A stretch of 64,000 bases of DNA from Tubulanus polymorphus (lineage: Eukaryota > Animalia > Nemertea): NCBI RefSeq assembly GCF_964204645.1, contig NW_027437430.1, positions 180,001 through 244,000 on the forward strand, in the 5' to 3' direction. A program made the position numbers and the translations under genes. Under the pieces are notes generated by a model. The model was given only the letters and a program-made list of their open reading frames with translations, did no database searches and was not told the origin of the DNA. Below are positions 1 through 12,174 of this stretch, piece by piece (position 1 is the stretch's first letter; every line of letters starts with the position of its first letter).

Positions 1-1833
1 AAGTAGCTGTTCTAATGTTAACTGAGATATTGCCAAAAATCACGTACTTCGTATGAAATCGATAGAAACAGATCTTTGGTTCACGACGAAACGATCATTG
101 ATTTTGTATTTTTCGTTTTATTCTAATAAAAAAGTTATGATTTTATTTATATATCTAAAACCTATATCCGAATAAAGAAGCACTTTGATTAGTTCTCGAT
201 CAATATGCACTTACTATTCCAATAACATAATGTTCATCTCAAATCTAAAAATTACTGAAAGCATGCATAATTTCCACTGCTATATGTACTGAGTGGACTT
301 TTTTTTTGGAAATAACTATGACATGATATTGTGAAGCATAATATTTTTGCGCGCGTTAGAGCCTGATGTGATATGTATAGAATGGAGTAGAAACACTACG
401 AGTTCCATTGTTGTGAGTTTAATTCGAATTTAGAATCAAGCTCGTAAACAACTAATAGAAATGTGGAACAATTTCTGAGGTTAGTTTTAAATTCGTGTGA
501 AAAGACGATACCACGATGAATGACGAAGATTCATATTGAATCGCAAAATACTGGACCTATCCCTTTGTGTTCGGATAACCACGGGGATTTAGGCACGAAA
601 AACACTTAAAGAAATAAAAAAGGCATAAATAAGGCTGCAGAAAAGATCGTACTGTATGATAAACATGTAACATTCATATATAGTTGCAGTCTTACATATG
701 AAACCATTCAATTCTCAAAATGTAAGAGAAAAGCGGTAATAATCATTACTATAATTGTATTTTTGTATTATTTTTGTTAATAATTCAATGAAAAAAATGA
801 TAAAGTTTAATTACTAACGAAGTTGATTGCAATCTTGTATTGAATATTCAATCCTATGTTCGACCCGATAAAAGTAATTGAGAAATGGAAATAATGTAAT
901 TCTATGGATTTGATTCACATTCCGATATGATTTCACAAAATTCATAAGACAAATAAAATAATCATACGTAGATGAAATCAAATGATGTTTCTTGTAACTT
1001 GTTTTCACGGTAATACGTGGTTTACCGGATAGGATTGGGGTTTTTCATACTCACGTTATTCTTCGATAAACGTAAACCATTCCTGAAATAAGCTTTCCGG
1101 ATTTAGAAGCTGGAACATACGAGAAAGAAAAATTGAAATCAAATGTTCTGCAATTCTCCCTAGGGAAAAAGGATTCCGTATCATCTACCGATTTCGAGGA
1201 ATTGCAATCAACTCAAATGACGGAACTCGCAGTTATGATTATATATTACTATTGTACGTACAATGAATATCCATTTCAGTAATATGTATAGGCCTACGCT
1301 GCATAGAACTTGAATAACCAAACGTGAATTGAATAGTGTCCTATTGTTTCAAATATAAGTTTGAACATTCTGATCTTCCTGGTTCAGTCCCTCTCGTTTT
1401 TGCTTTAATAATAATTAGTTCCGTAGGTTTTTGCACTTTCACACGGTGGCTGGTGTGTATATGATATCGACTCATTAGGGATCGAAGGTGATAAGTGTGG
1501 AAGTGTTGATGGCCCAATTATCGATTCTTGCAATTCGGTTGTGGATAAAGGCGTGTTCGTCAATATTCGTGCTATAAGTTCCGAATCCTTGCGGAAAATC
1601 ATCTAAACTCTTCGAAACTGATGGACAGAATATCGGTTTCAGGAACAATACGCTGTTGACTTGCTTTGAATGTGACTGTTTTGGAAACTGTGACGATTTT
1701 ACGAGCGATGAATTAGTTATTGGACAACAACTTTGAGCAAGGCTTAACAATCCGTATACATCGTGTAGGTTCTCACGGGATTGTAGCTGACTTTTCTCGC
1801 AAGGTCATCACGGTTTCATCACCTTTATTCAGA

Positions 1834-2850
1834 ATGTACAACAACACGACAATCGTTATAAATACTGTTAATCACTCTAAAACTGTTGAAGAGGTTATTG
1901 TACCGGGTCTGGTGTATACTGTTATATTTTCGATTTTACGTCTTGTTATTTTGTCTATGGGTGTATTCGGTAATGGATTACTGATTATTTCGTACATAGT
2001 ATGCGGTAAGCTTCGCACGAGCACAAATGCATTCATACTGATGGTCGCTATCTCAGATTTGATGCTCGCGTTACTCTTGATAGCCGAGAAGCTGATTACA
2101 TTCTTCGGGTGGCATCATCTGTTGGACCAGCGGACACATATACCCACGATTTTCATCCTCATTACCTTTATAACGTATGCCGTGTCGGTTTTTGGTCAAG
2201 TGGCGATCTCCGCAAATCGATATGTGAAAATATGTCGTCCGAAATATTATGATTCGTTGTATACGAATCGTATGATTGTTCTCTACACGGTTATTTTGTT
2301 CTCGAGCGCCATTCTGATTCAAACCTGCATAACTTTCGTCGGAAAATGTCGAATGTATTTCGATGGATTTATGATACGACTAGCCACTAGGAATCAGGAT
2401 CACTGTCTCTACGCGTTTATGGGCGAACTTTCGTCTCCGACTATAATCATTTTCGTTATGTACTTTGAAATATTTCGTACGATCTACAAAAGCGGACGAC
2501 GAACGAAAAGATCGTCATCAGCCAAGAAACAGTTACGCGTTACGATCGGACTGTGCGCCGCATTCGTTACCCTGGTCGTGGCCTTTACGCCATGGTCGGT
2601 AGTGGCCATATTAGATAGCTTTTTGCAAACTAACGCAACTTTTCAGGCAATCAGACTTGCTTGCGAATGGACTATGCTGACAACGATTTCAAACCCGATT
2701 ATTTACGGTTTAATGAACACGAATTTCAAACGCGGATATCTGATCGTCATTCGTAAATGTATCCCGGGATGCGGAAGAACCTTCCTCAATTTTGAACGAA
2801 ACCGAAACCACAGCAGCGCAAACACGAATACGACCTCATCTTCTGTTTAA
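1834..2850 (+). CDS. Class A (rhodopsin-like) GPCR, melatonin-receptor/Moody-Tre1-like, single coding exon, ~338 aa
   Basis: Seven hydrophobic segments; TM1 GN, TM2 VAISDL, TM3 ISANRY..IC (NRY variant), TM6 AFTP, TM7 NPIIY followed by N.NFKRGY helix 8; N-terminal NNT/NHS sequons. First ATG at 1834 follows an acceptor-like ttattcAG; the ORF-track start at 1720 is TTG. Confidence 0.9.
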   Translation: MYNNTTIVINTVNHSKTVEEVIVPGLVYTVIFSILRLVILSMGVFGNGLLIISYIVCGKLRTSTNAFILMVAISDLMLALLLIAEKLITFFGWHHLLDQRTHIPTIFILITFITYAVSVFGQVAISANRYVKICRPKYYDSLYTNRMIVLYTVILFSSAILIQTCITFVGKCRMYFDGFMIRLATRNQDHCLYAFMGELSSPTIIIFVMYFEIFRTIYKSGRRTKRSSSAKKQLRVTIGLCAAFVTLVVAFTPWSVVAILDSFLQTNATFQAIRLACEWTMLTTISNPIIYGLMNTNFKRGYLIVIRKCIPGCGRTFLNFERNRNHSSANTNTTSSSV

Positions 2851-3088
2851 ATAATCATATATAATCCTCAAACGAATTTCCATATATATTCTAGAATGCA
2901 CCAGTCTTGTTCACGTACACATTCCTTTGTAAATCAAATACTTATACGATATAAGTGAATAAAGCAAAGATATTCTAAAGGTATGAATATATAAGCATTT
3001 TGTTGTTGTCATTAAGCCGTTGTAAAGAAGTAGGCGAACTTGTTGATATAAGATAGTGTAGGACATGCTCCATTATATATACGTATCA

Positions 3089-3658
3089 CTAATCGTCCCA
3101 GGTAACATACGAGAAATCATCTGTTTCATGGTCTTCTCCGCCGTATGGATAGGTGCATTTATCACTGTTGGCGCTGATTTTGCCTGGAATTGTACCGTAA
3201 GGTGTATTGGCAACTACTGAAAAGTAAACGCCAGTACCGTCTAACATGAATCCCGTAGCTAACGGTTTCTTCGGGGTGTGCTTATCATCGGCTTTCTGTA
3301 AACGAATTCCAAACAAGATATATACAACTTTATATGTATGTAATGAATAGATATGTATATAATGTTTTTTTCAACCAATATCAGTTACCTTTAATTCCAT
3401 CTCAGCTGTGGCGCACACCCACCAGAAATTTGTTGTGCAATGTTCCTTGCCCTCTACTCCGTACCAGCAGTAATATACCCCGTCCATTTTTGCGGCCTTG
3501 CCCGGAACCCGTCCATGTTCACAGTCGGCGACTGCAAGGTACACATCCAAATCTCCGACTTGTTCGGCCAGACAAACTGCATTCGCTTCAACATCTCCTG
3601 AATTTTTGTTAATCCACACTGTTCTTAATCCAGGAACGATTAATTCGTCTTTTCCCAT
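3089..3658 (-). CDS. DM9-repeat (DUF3421-like) lectin-like protein, paralog 1, 158 aa, 2 exons (3658-3389, 3295-3089)
   Basis: Two repeats with NAV...YLAVA..HGRVPGK...CWYG..GKE and TIPGK...CTYPYGGE motifs; phase-0 GT-AG intron 3296-3388; no signal peptide; paralog at 28232-29812 has the same intron position. Confidence 0.8.
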
Positions 3659-3892
3659 GTCACTTTAATGTTCAGTATTTGCAGAAATAAGCAGATCGTG
3701 TCAGCGCGTACGTATATGAATTGTGTAAACCTTTTAACTGAAGTAATTCCTTTTGAAGCAATTTTTTACTCTTTTCAATGTTCACGACTTGACATACATT
3801 TATAAGACGTAACCAGATATTTCTATTGGTAGATTTGAATAGATATATGGTAGACGTACCTGCATGGCATAAACCGAAAGTCAAACCTAACA

Positions 3893-4070
3893 TTCATTAA
3901 CTAAGGGATCTGCCCGCAAGGTTTTTGGAGTGCACGTACTTCGACCGAATCCAATCTTCTAAGGATGGAGATTGTCGAAGTTGAAAAAGTTGCAGGTGGC
4001 CTCACTGTCGATTCAAGTATTATATTAAGCCAATAGTCGAAGCATGGCTGATGTCCCTGATTCAATCACA
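3893..4070 (+). pseudogene. Decayed duplicate of the WAP-domain exon
   Basis: Aligns by eye to 5174-5340 (accgaatccaatcttctaaggatggagattgtc..aagttgcaggtggcc..gattcaagtatt vs accgaaccaatgcttcaaggatgaagattgtc..atgttgcaggtggcc..gattcaactatt) with indels and lost Cys codons. Confidence 0.75.
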
Positions 4071-4524
4071 CATTGATGGGCGAACTTTTATTTCCGACCC
4101 TAATCATTTTCGTTCTGTACTTCAAAAATATATATTTCGTGAGATCTACAATAGCGCAGGACGAAAGGAAACGCGCCCATTAGACATTTCCTGTAAACTT
4201 TTTCATTATTAAGAATGATTATGATACACAATATAGATAATCAAAGGATATATTTTGAGTGCATACTTGAGATGCGAGCGTTTGTCTCATGGATACACGA
4301 GAAAAGCACTCAAGGGGTACTCCTCTATTTCAGCCAAAGCAGGAAAATCGAACAACAAAATAGCGCTGATATACACGTGAACAAGGATGTTACACTTAAT
4401 GGAATCTAAATGATCCTCTGATCAGGTGGATAATTAGTTTTGGAAATCGATTCATTATCTATTTTACGAAATTCGACGAACGATTACAAAAATACATGAA
4501 GAGGATATAAACTTAGTTTCTAGC

Positions 4525-4653
4525 TACGTAATAACGAGAATCCCACAATGATAATAAAAGACGACGTCCGAAAATAATTTCGTATTTCATTATCATTGGG
4601 GAGTCTCGTTATTTTATCGTCACAACACGGATGTAGTGTTTTATCAATGTTGA
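4525..4653. mobile_element. Small hairpin-containing insertion (MITE-like)
   Basis: ~25-bp inverted repeat (4531-4555 / 4589-4612); segment flanked by the 12-bp direct repeat ttagtttctagc (4513-4524, 4654-4665). Confidence 0.45.
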
Positions 4654-4877
4654 TTAGTTTCTAGCCTTAGAAATTTTGCCCTTCGCAGATGTTTGACATA
4701 ATTTGCACACAAATGTATATTAATGGACACACATCAATACATAAACCCGGAACCGGAAACAAAACACGTCTGGTTTGTAAAGTGTGACTAAAGATACGGA
4801 TCTATACAGTATAGCAGACACTAACATTCACAGTCGTTAATACTCTTTGTTGTTAGGAATATATGCGAAGGTTTAAG

Positions 4878-5351
4878 ATGGCGAATATTCAGGTATTCAT
4901 ATATAACATTTTCCAGTTTAACATGGTTAAGCTCTATTTATTCGTCTATCTGATGTTTTTATTTGTTGATGTTGATTTTCTAAAGGTTCTGACGTTTGCG
5001 ATGTTCTTTGTCGCGTCGTGTATCGTAAGTTGAAGAAGATTTTATACTCATTTCCATCTTGTACAAAACTTGCATAAATATCTGTTGGGATGTACATTCG
5101 TAGTTCAGTTATTTCTTTCTAATTCAATACAGAATGTCGGTTCAGCGATGGTCAAACATCCCGTTTATCCGGGTTCAAAACCAGGGACGTGTCCGGGTGG
5201 TATGTCACATTGTGCAATTGAACCGAACCAATGCTTCAAGGATGAAGATTGTCCTGGAGCCAGGAAATGTTGCAGGTGGCCGTGCGGTGGATTCAACTAT
5301 TGTGCTGAGCCAAGCCAAAGCACGGATGATCTCCAAAATTCATTGAAATGA
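4878..5351 (+). CDS. Secreted single WAP (four-disulfide core) domain protein, 90 aa, 3 exons (4878-4892, 4986-5024, 5133-5351)
   Basis: Spliced signal peptide MANIQVLTFAMFFVASCINVGSA; KPGTCP...C...C..DEDCPGARKCC...CG....C eight-Cys WAP pattern; both introns GT-AG, phase 0. Confidence 0.88.
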
Positions 5352-5571
5352 TTTTCAAATCAAAATCAAGTTTATAGATTCTGCTTATATACTTGTACCG
5401 ATTAATAACAAACAAGATAATCATATGAAAAATAAACAATTTTAATCTGTGGAAAAATCTAAAAAATTGTATCCGTCTTAATGTGGAGATTTATAAACTT
5501 TTCCCATGGCACGAAATCATCGGCTATGTTGAAGTTTCACTTATCAAGACACATTTCGCAGACGAAACCAT

Positions 5572-8500
5572 TCATCTATTTTTGAATGACTGTTGTTTTG
5601 CTCGAAGATATTCTATAGTACTTTCATCTATGGTTTTATATCTCCCCGCCTGAAAATATTCATCATCATAAATTTTTCCATGGTAAATATAGGACAGCAA
5701 ATAAACATAAGGAGTTTGATGTATGATTCATATAGTATAACATTCACGAAATAAAGCATACCCTGGGATTCAATACTGAGACGATCTTTGTTGCTTTTAC
5801 AAATTTTCCATGTCTTAGTGGAACTGTAAAATACCTTTTCCCCTTATAAACACCATCCGTATCACCAACTGAAACAAGCAGATGACCATAATGTATTTGT
5901 TGAAGGTGCGTCTAAACAAGAGCCACATAGAAATGAGTAATGGTCTTTTGTATTCTACATATATCGAGGATTTTTGCCTTCGTACTGCCGCGATAAGCCC
6001 CATCAAATACCTGGTTCGTCAAGCTTCAAGCCGATGAGTGGTCTAAAACTTGCGTATTCCCTATCAACGCTACCGACAAACTTTACAATGCCCGAATAAT
6101 ACGGACTGCTCCGTTCTGAAAATATAAAACATTTTAAAGATATTCGATGCGGAGAAAATACGCGTGTTATCGGATAGATTCGTCGATACATTCTTATCAT
6201 TCACCTTTACAAGGACCTAGATTCACCTGAACCCTATCACCAACGTGTATTAGTTCTAGCATTAGCTGGTCCTTTTCGTATTTAGTCAGTTTTGGTAACG
6301 GTGGTTGCGCGCTGCTCGAGGTTGACGTAGAACTCGGCGGTCTCGTAGTCGACCGTGAACTAACCGATGATACAGTTACAATCTCAAAGCCGTTCTCTTT
6401 CTGTTGCTCAGGTATTTGCGGTGTTTCTAATCTAACATCAGCCACATTGTGATGTTCGACAGAACGGAAGTTTTGAAATGAGTCGTTAGGTAGATATATG
6501 GAATATGCGCTCTTTAGTCTATCGAACAGTTTGTCCCCGGGAGATGTATTTAGATTTTGACTTGTTCGTCCATCCGTAGAACTACTATTCCGCACATTTA
6601 ATAAGGCTTTGTTTTGTCTATTTTGTCCAACACTTGTTTTGTTTGTTTCCCTATTGCTTCTCGGAGTCAAGTGTTCGTCGGCTATATATTCCAGAAAACC
6701 AATATTCTGTTTGCATTCTGCTTGTTTCTCTATAAGATTCAAACTGCTGGTCGTGATGTTACACGGTGGAGTGTTTATGTCCAAACACACTTTCTTCGGT
6801 TTACTCCTTGGAAACTGTAAGTTAACGAAATAATATACGTGCACCATCATATCTTCGATGATACAAGTGACGAACGATAACAGATTATTGTCATAGCTTA
6901 CCCTCATAGGAGAGGTTGCGCGGGCCGAATTAAGCTGTTCAGTCAGTTCATCATATAACATTTGATGGTCGTGTTCGATACAAGTGTTCAGTCCATTTTC
7001 ACTAGAAAAACAAAGATCTTATCATGAAAAAGAAAATGATACCAACATGACTTCATCAATGTTATCCTCACATGGCTTCGTCTTCCTGTGATTTGATTCC
7101 TTGAGGAAATGTCGCTTGGACTGTCGCCTTTTTACCAGCCTTCTTTACCATGTGAAGAAACTGATCGTTGTTTTGGATTTCTTGCAGAACTTCCTGAAAG
7201 AGAATATCCACTAATTAGCAATCGAGAGACTTCAACGAATATATTTTTTCACGGGAAAGAATCAGTGAATGAATGATTGTGTAGGACGGACAAAATAATC
7301 GTAGAATATGAACTACAACCTTTGCGAGTTCAAGCGCTTGAGACTTTTGTATAACGAGCTTGTCCTTGCCGAGCAGTAGTTTCTTCAGGGTGAGCGTTTC
7401 GCATCGCGATATCTGTAAATCTTTTTCTAGGTCATCCATTGCAGAGACAGTATTTTCCAATTCCTAATATAGAATGATAGAAAAAAACGTTTAAGACCGA
7501 TGTCATGTGGAAGTGCTGGGGGTAATTAGAATTCGGATCCACAACCTTGATCCGGTCTTTGTAATCCTTCGCCGTCTTTCTCGCCAGCTGAAGCAGTAAT
7601 AATCGCTCGTCTAATTGATTCTGGATGTTAGATATTTCCTCGTCTTTATCCACGATCTGTTGCTTGAGTTCTGCTATACAGTTCAAATCCTACAACGTCG
7701 TAAATTCAACGCCCTTTTTATTCACGATTTAGAAACTAGAAAATAACTGATTTCTCACAATTTCCTTACTCGATCCATTTGCTCATTCCGCCGAATTTCA
7801 TCCATGACTTGACTTTTCAAATCTTCTACGCTCGATTGCAACTCTTCGATCGTTTGTTCAGCATTCTGTCAAAAACAAATATATAGAAATAACAAAAAGT
7901 GACACCACGCACACGTAGAACAAATGTACATACCTGTAGATTTTTAGTTTTCAACTCTAGGTAGGATTTGATCGTAGTGAGTTCAGTTTCTTTTTCAATT
8001 CGTATCGATCTAGAGTAAACCATTTAATTTATTCGAAAACATGTCAATATCGTGATATAAAACTTTCCCTATTTTCTAACTCATTATTGACACTCTGATA
8101 AAAACGGTGATTTATACCTAGCATTATCCAATGATTTCTTCATCGTCTCAACTGTCAATTCAGCTTTTTCAACGTCCATAACTGGAAAACACATCGATCA
8201 TCATTATCAATGCTAACCCGTCGGTATATCTCACGCTAACGCACAAAATCCTCCCCAATTTCGAACACTTAAAAATTGTTACATTCAACATTACCAATTA
8301 ATCATCAAACGAAAAATCATGACTTTCCATAGAAGTTGATGCAGATCGAAAAGCGCTATGAATATCTTAAACCGAATCCATCGCGCTTTCAAAATGAGAA
8401 ATGCCAATGTTCTATGGATAGCAAGTTAGTAGATACCATCCCAAGTTGCAATAATTACTACTTAAAACCCCTTTCATCCATTACTGCCTATTAGTTTGAT

Positions 8501-10077
8501 ATATAATAAATGTAGCATATCTTTTCGCGTTTAAGATGTTAGATCAAAAGTAAAGAATCTTTTTTCCGCTTCTCGTCAATGTGTTTACAATGTTAGTCTT
8601 TAAACTCAGAGTTAGCTTAGCTTTATGGAACTACATGAACTTACGCAAAATCTTCTCTAAAATAAAAAAAAGAATTTATCCGAGATGAATCCATACTTTA
8701 GATTTCTAATGGATTTTTGGAAAAAAGAAAATAATTTCTATACAGTTTTGCCTGTTTGACCGACCTTTACTTTCGAGACTTTTGATTCGTTCTTCAGCTT
8801 GAGTCAGACTAGTCTCGGAGGTAGTGAGTTTCTGTAGGGCTGCCTGTAAGTCTGATTTTGAAGTTTCAAACTCTTCCGTTGTGTTTGCAAGTTTCTCCTT
8901 CGTGTCTTTAAGTTCTTCAGTAAGTTTTGAGCACTGGTCTTCAAAATTCTGAAAAATGAAAATGTCCGTAATTCGAGTAGCCTAGGTATTGAAATTTATC
9001 ATCAATTTCATTACAGTTTAAATTATCATGCAGTACCTCTCGTTGGGACTTTTCGCGTGCATATTTTTCTTTGTATTCATTGAGTTCATCTACTGTTTGC
9101 TTGAGAAAAGCTTTTTCTCGTTCTCTGAAATGAGTTAGACAATACAGAACTGTAAACGCGCTGTATGTACCTTTAACCATAATGTCTCGTGTAAATCCAA
9201 ATCTTCGCCTAGTATTAGTGACATCCTGACAACTGATTAGAACAGTCTTATTTCCTTAAAACTGATTTTCATGAAGTGAAATTATGGACGCCGTTGTTAC
9301 GTGTTGGCACCTTGTGCACACTTCTATTCCTGGCTAGTGCCAACTGTTGTTCACAAGCATCATATTGAACAACGTGGGCTTTTTAATTCAGTAAGCGGCT
9401 TGCGCTTGACGTCCACCATGACGCGCTGTGATGTCAGGTGCAGTACCTCTATTGAACATAATAGAATGGAAAACATGCGTAACTATGAATTCAGTATGAT
9501 ATCGTAAATTTCCTTTATCGTTCATCGGTACATTATCATAATTGTTTTGGAACATTATCAGCGCGGAGTTAAACAGTGGATATCATATGAAATATTGATG
9601 ATAATCTTTCTTGTGCGCAATTATCATTCCTCCCGTATTTCATCATCATAATTCGTGTTCAACTCGTCATCGGATCTAAGATTGAAATGCCTATTTTGGG
9701 TTATCAGTGAGGCACAATAGAGAAACTATATGTACAAAAGGACATAACAATAAATGCACAATGATACATAGTAACATATCTCTTAACATTTACAGGAGAG
9801 AATTTCAAGAAATAAACCAACGTATATGGTACGTTTGAAAGAAAAAAGATGTTGATATCGAACGCACTCACTCGTTAACCTGTTTCTGTTTACGTATTAA
9901 AGCCGCTGTTGTACCGCGAAGGCTTAGTCTACGTCCGGAAACCGGTAATTTTGGACTATTAGTCGTCGAGCCTGGAACACTTTGCGATTTGACCGCTTGC
10001 ACCGGCGGCGGTGGTACGGTCTTTGCAGATCCCGGTTTAACTGCTTTTTGCCAGTTTGCTTTCGCTTTCGCGTCCAT
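5572..10077 (-). CDS. Coiled-coil protein with C-terminal CAP-Gly domain, ~707 aa, 14 exons (10077-9872, 9124-9037, 8948-8765, 8181-8118, 8009-7934, 7865-7770, 7689-7546, 7463-7320, 7193-7072, 7001-6902, 6814-6205, 6115-6011, 5868-5762, 5649-5572)
   Basis: All junctions GT-AG and phase-consistent; E/K/L-rich heptads in exons 2-9; VGDRVQV...GIVKFVG...IGLKLDEPVGDTDGVYKGKRYF....HGKFV is a CAP-Gly signature. Confidence 0.82.
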
Positions 10078-11862
10078 TTTTGTTCCGCAGTTTTGCTCTT
10101 TTAGAGATCATTAACCTTATCGATTACGATATGACATCATAGAGAGAAATTCCTTGTTTAATCCTCAGTTTTTAGCGCGTAGAACTGAACGCATACATTT
10201 CCAGATTGGAATTATCCCTTTTCACTATGTAAAACGATATGAAAAGTAGATATTTACGAGCCATTGGGTCGTATAATCCGTTCGCGAGTCTTGTTGCTAA
10301 AGAAACAGGAAATATTGGCGTGGTGAGAGGAGAGTGTAAACTTGGTATTACGACTGAACTGTGCTGCTGATATATTGATCGCGACGATTACGATGACAAT
10401 AGAGACAAACTGTTTCCCGACGCTTGTGACGTCAGATTTACCCACAATATCATGTTTTGAGATACGATGAACATCCTTTATTCGTAATTCTCAAGTGAGA
10501 ACTGTTTAATTCAAAAGTGAATTTTAGAGAGCTTCCTGGAGGAATCAATTTAACGTATAGAAGGTTACGTGGATGATTATCTATTTGATAAAAAGGTTGT
10601 AGATACGTGTGATAAATGCCCGACCCAGACTGATTTTTTCTTGACGATTTCTATGTTTTGAACAAGTATATATTCTCTTTTCGTAAACAAGTTATTCGCA
10701 CGTCATAAGCAGTTTATATAGGCATTGTACACGGCAGTATTTTATCGTTTTCATGCGTCGGTTTTGACAGCGTAATGGCCGATCACAAGCACGGTTAACG
10801 ATGACGTTGCTATGGAATTTAATACCACGTAAAACATAGACGCTACCGTTGGACTAACAGTCGAGATCACATTACCGGCCATGTTTACTTCCGTTACGAA
10901 AGGAAACGCAATTTTGACGTGTCGTCGAACTGCCGTTGTGTTGACTAGAGTTTGCTCGACAGATAAACATCGACTCACGCGATCATATTTTTTTCCGATT
11001 GGTCGAAATTATCACAGATATCCCAATGGAATTTTGAAATTGTTGTTAATTTCAGATATTGAAGCTTAGCGTTATAACATTTCACCACGGTTCAGCTACA
11101 CAGATTGGTCTTGTTTGCTATAGATGGTCTTTTTGGCAGGTCGGCCTATTCTTCAAGCACCTTCGTTTCAACCAGAATACGCTCTATACATATTTCGGAA
11201 TAGCATAATTCATAAACCTGGTAGAAGCGGCCAATAGGAGCTTGCAATCCGGAATACATTCAATCAAGACCTAAATATAGGTCCCGACTGTGCTACTGGT
11301 CCCAAGAATTTGAATCATCTATGTATCAAACGAGCAATCTGAATGTGGGTGACCATAATCATTCCGTCAGAACTCCGTGCATTTCTGTATCGTTTATTCA
11401 AATGCATTCCGAATCAGGCCAGTCACGTGATAAAACGATATATTATTGTCTTTGTCGCAATACAAATCTATAAAAAGAATCCGAACTAAAAATAGCGGGA
11501 AAATCAGATTGATTATATTCAAAACCACGCAACTATAGATGCCAGACAGAATCCAATTACCGCTAGACAGCATCTGACATTACTCTTGATTAACCTAGCA
11601 TTTACATTTCATCAACTTCTCAAATTAAAATCGATCGCCACCAATCAGTTCTCTCAACATTCATTGATGTATTACGATGTTATGTACATTATACGAGGCC
11701 TCCGAACTGTTGAATAGTATCCCTGATTGAAATGACAGTGCATTTAGTCATTCCATACAAGATAATTCATTTCATTCAATTTCACTTGCTTTCGAATCTG
11801 CGATTATAGTGGTGGAATCTGCTCGATATTGAAATCAAATCTCTGTTCGCTGCTGATGATTT

Positions 11863-11910
11863 GTCTTACAGGCGTTTCGGATTTATTGGCATGTCCCTCG
11901 TCAAAGAAAG
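11863..11910 (-). ncRNA. Possible degenerate minimal type-I hammerhead ribozyme motif
   Basis: Minus strand ttGACGA-GGGA(12 nt)TCC-GAAAC-GCCT-GTA; stem I is weak and core position 3 is U rather than C. Confidence 0.3.
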
Positions 11911-12174
11911 GGGTTTAACTCGAATAGACCCTGATCACTGATTTCAATGATCTTTTACGTTATTTCAAGTAATTCCTGAGATTCTGCAATAGCATGCGAG
12001 GATGATTTTTAAAGATAACAGATATAGATAATTTCAAATGAAATGTAAAATCATTAAATGTATATCTGTTTCCCTTATCTAGCTATTGAATTGCATACGA
12101 TCGTAAGTGTTAGCCCTCGATGAAACAATACTAGATATGTTCTGCTTGGAAGACTACTCTGAATTTTGTATTCA

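Noticed and set aside
1720-1833. N-terminal extension of the GPCR ORF
   Set aside because: Starts at TTG; a splice acceptor sits just before ATG 1834, so this is probably intron sequence.
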